Shown here piece by piece: positions 63,042 through 64,000 of a DNA stretch of 64,000 bases (position 1 is its first letter; each line of letters starts with the position of its first letter). The position numbers and the translations under genes are program-made. Below the pieces are notes generated by a model. It was not told the origin of the DNA. It did no database searches and worked only from the letters and a program-made list of their open reading frames with translations. This DNA is from an uncultured Candidatus Rokubacteria bacterium (GTDB taxonomy: Bacteria; Methylomirabilota; Methylomirabilia; Rokubacteriales; CSP1-6): NCBI GenBank assembly GCA_963758635.1, contig CAVWWD010000007.1:160001-224000 (forward strand), written 5' to 3'.

Positions 63042-63067
63042 TACGGACGGGTCAGGGCGTCCGGATT
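63042..63067 (-). promoter_or_regulatory. Candidate ECF-sigma promoter for the haemoglobin gene
   Basis: Minus strand AATCC-17 nt-CGTA, about 80 nt upstream of the ATG. Confidence 0.45.
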
Positions 63068-63116
63068 CGCCGCTCTCCGGTTGTCAGGCGGGCGGGCATC
63101 TGATACTCGTGATCGC

Positions 63117-63698
63117 ATGTCCCCGCCGCGCGCGCTCGTGCCCGCCGCCGACCTCGTCGGGAGAGTCGCGCGCGGCGACGAGGACGCGTTCGGCCAGCTC
63201 TACGATGCCTACGCCGGGCTCGCGTTCGGCCTCATCCGCCGGGTCCTCCGCGAGAAGGAAGCGGCGGAGGAGGTGCTCCAGGAGGTCTTCTGGCAGGTGT
63301 GGCGCGAGGCGGGCACGTTCGACCCCGCGCGGGGGAGCGCGGAGGCCTGGCTCCTGATGCGGGCGAAGACCCGGGCAATCGACAAGCTGCGGTCCATGCG
63401 TAGAAGAGAGCAGACGTTCGTGGCCCCGGTCGACGAGGCCACGGCGCGTCCCGCGGAGCCGCGGCGCGACGAGGACCCGGCGCTGACGGCGGAGGATCGG
63501 ACGCTGGTGGGCGGCGCCCTGGACGGGCTGCCCGCGGCGCAGAGGCGGGTCATCGAGCTGGCGTTCTACGAGGGCCTGACGCAGGCGGAGATCGCGACCC
63601 GGCTGGGCGAGCCCCTCGGGACGGTCAAGACCAGGGCCAGGCTCGGGCTGGAGCGGCTGCGCACCCTCGTGAGTGGCAAGGGAGATCCGGGGACATGA
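63117..63698 (+). CDS. ECF sigma factor (SigK-like)
   Basis: AEEVLQEVF, FDPARGS, RAIDKLR, LAFYEGLTQAEIA, PLGTVKTR. Confidence 0.92.
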   Translation: MSPPRALVPAADLVGRVARGDEDAFGQLYDAYAGLAFGLIRRVLREKEAAEEVLQEVFWQVWREAGTFDPARGSAEAWLLMRAKTRAIDKLRSMRRREQTFVAPVDEATARPAEPRRDEDPALTAEDRTLVGGALDGLPAAQRRVIELAFYEGLTQAEIATRLGEPLGTVKTRARLGLERLRTLVSGKGDPGT

Positions 63699-64000
63699 AC
63701 CGGGAGCAGATCGACGAGCTGGCCGCCGGCTACGCCCTCGGCTGCCTCGACGTCGAGGACCGCGGGCGCTTCGAGGCCCTGCTGCGGTCCGGCGACCCGG
63801 AAGCCGTCGCGAGCCTGCAGGAGTTCCAGGCCGCCGTCGTCGACCTGTCCGCCGCGCACGCGGAGACGCCGCCCCCGCGCGTGCGGGAGACCCTCATGGC
63901 GCGTATCGCCGAGGAGCGACGGGCCGCGCCGCCCGTCGTGACGGCGCCGCCCCGGCCGCGACGGCGCTTCTGGCCGGTCGTCGTGGGCGGGCGCGATGGC
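63695..64000 (+). CDS. Anti-sigma factor (RskA-like), partial
   Basis: MNREQIDELAAGYALGCLD...PPPRVRETLMARI; ATGA overlap with the sigma gene. Confidence 0.8.
   Translation, partial: MNREQIDELAAGYALGCLDVEDRGRFEALLRSGDPEAVASLQEFQAAVVDLSAAHAETPPPRVRETLMARIAEERRAAPPVVTAPPRPRRRFWPVVVGGRDG

Overview
High-GC bacterial chromosomal window. The gene style suggests a Rokubacteria/Methylomirabilota-like organism, but that is an unverified impression. It carries: an AbiEi-like regulator; rpmB; an alpha-glucan/trehalose cluster (glgM, GH13, two-component pair, glgE, treS, maltokinase fusion, two divergent glycosyltransferases); recG, rsmD, coaD and an aminotransferase; many catabolic enzymes; decayed TA and recombinase remnants; a DUF1989/ABC/amidohydrolase operon; an aromatic operon joining 4-hydroxybenzoyl-CoA-reductase-like genes to boxC/boxB and two CoA ligases; and a lipoprotein truncated haemoglobin facing an ECF sigma/anti-sigma pair. 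The strongest signal is an IS110-family element (36125-37572) inserted at a CT dinucleotide in the loop of a REP-like hairpin. Its structured non-coding end contains short segments matching both its target and its own donor junction, which is the signature of a bridge RNA. Many genes carry single-base frameshifts, probably assembly errors. All product calls come from motif recognition, not database searches.
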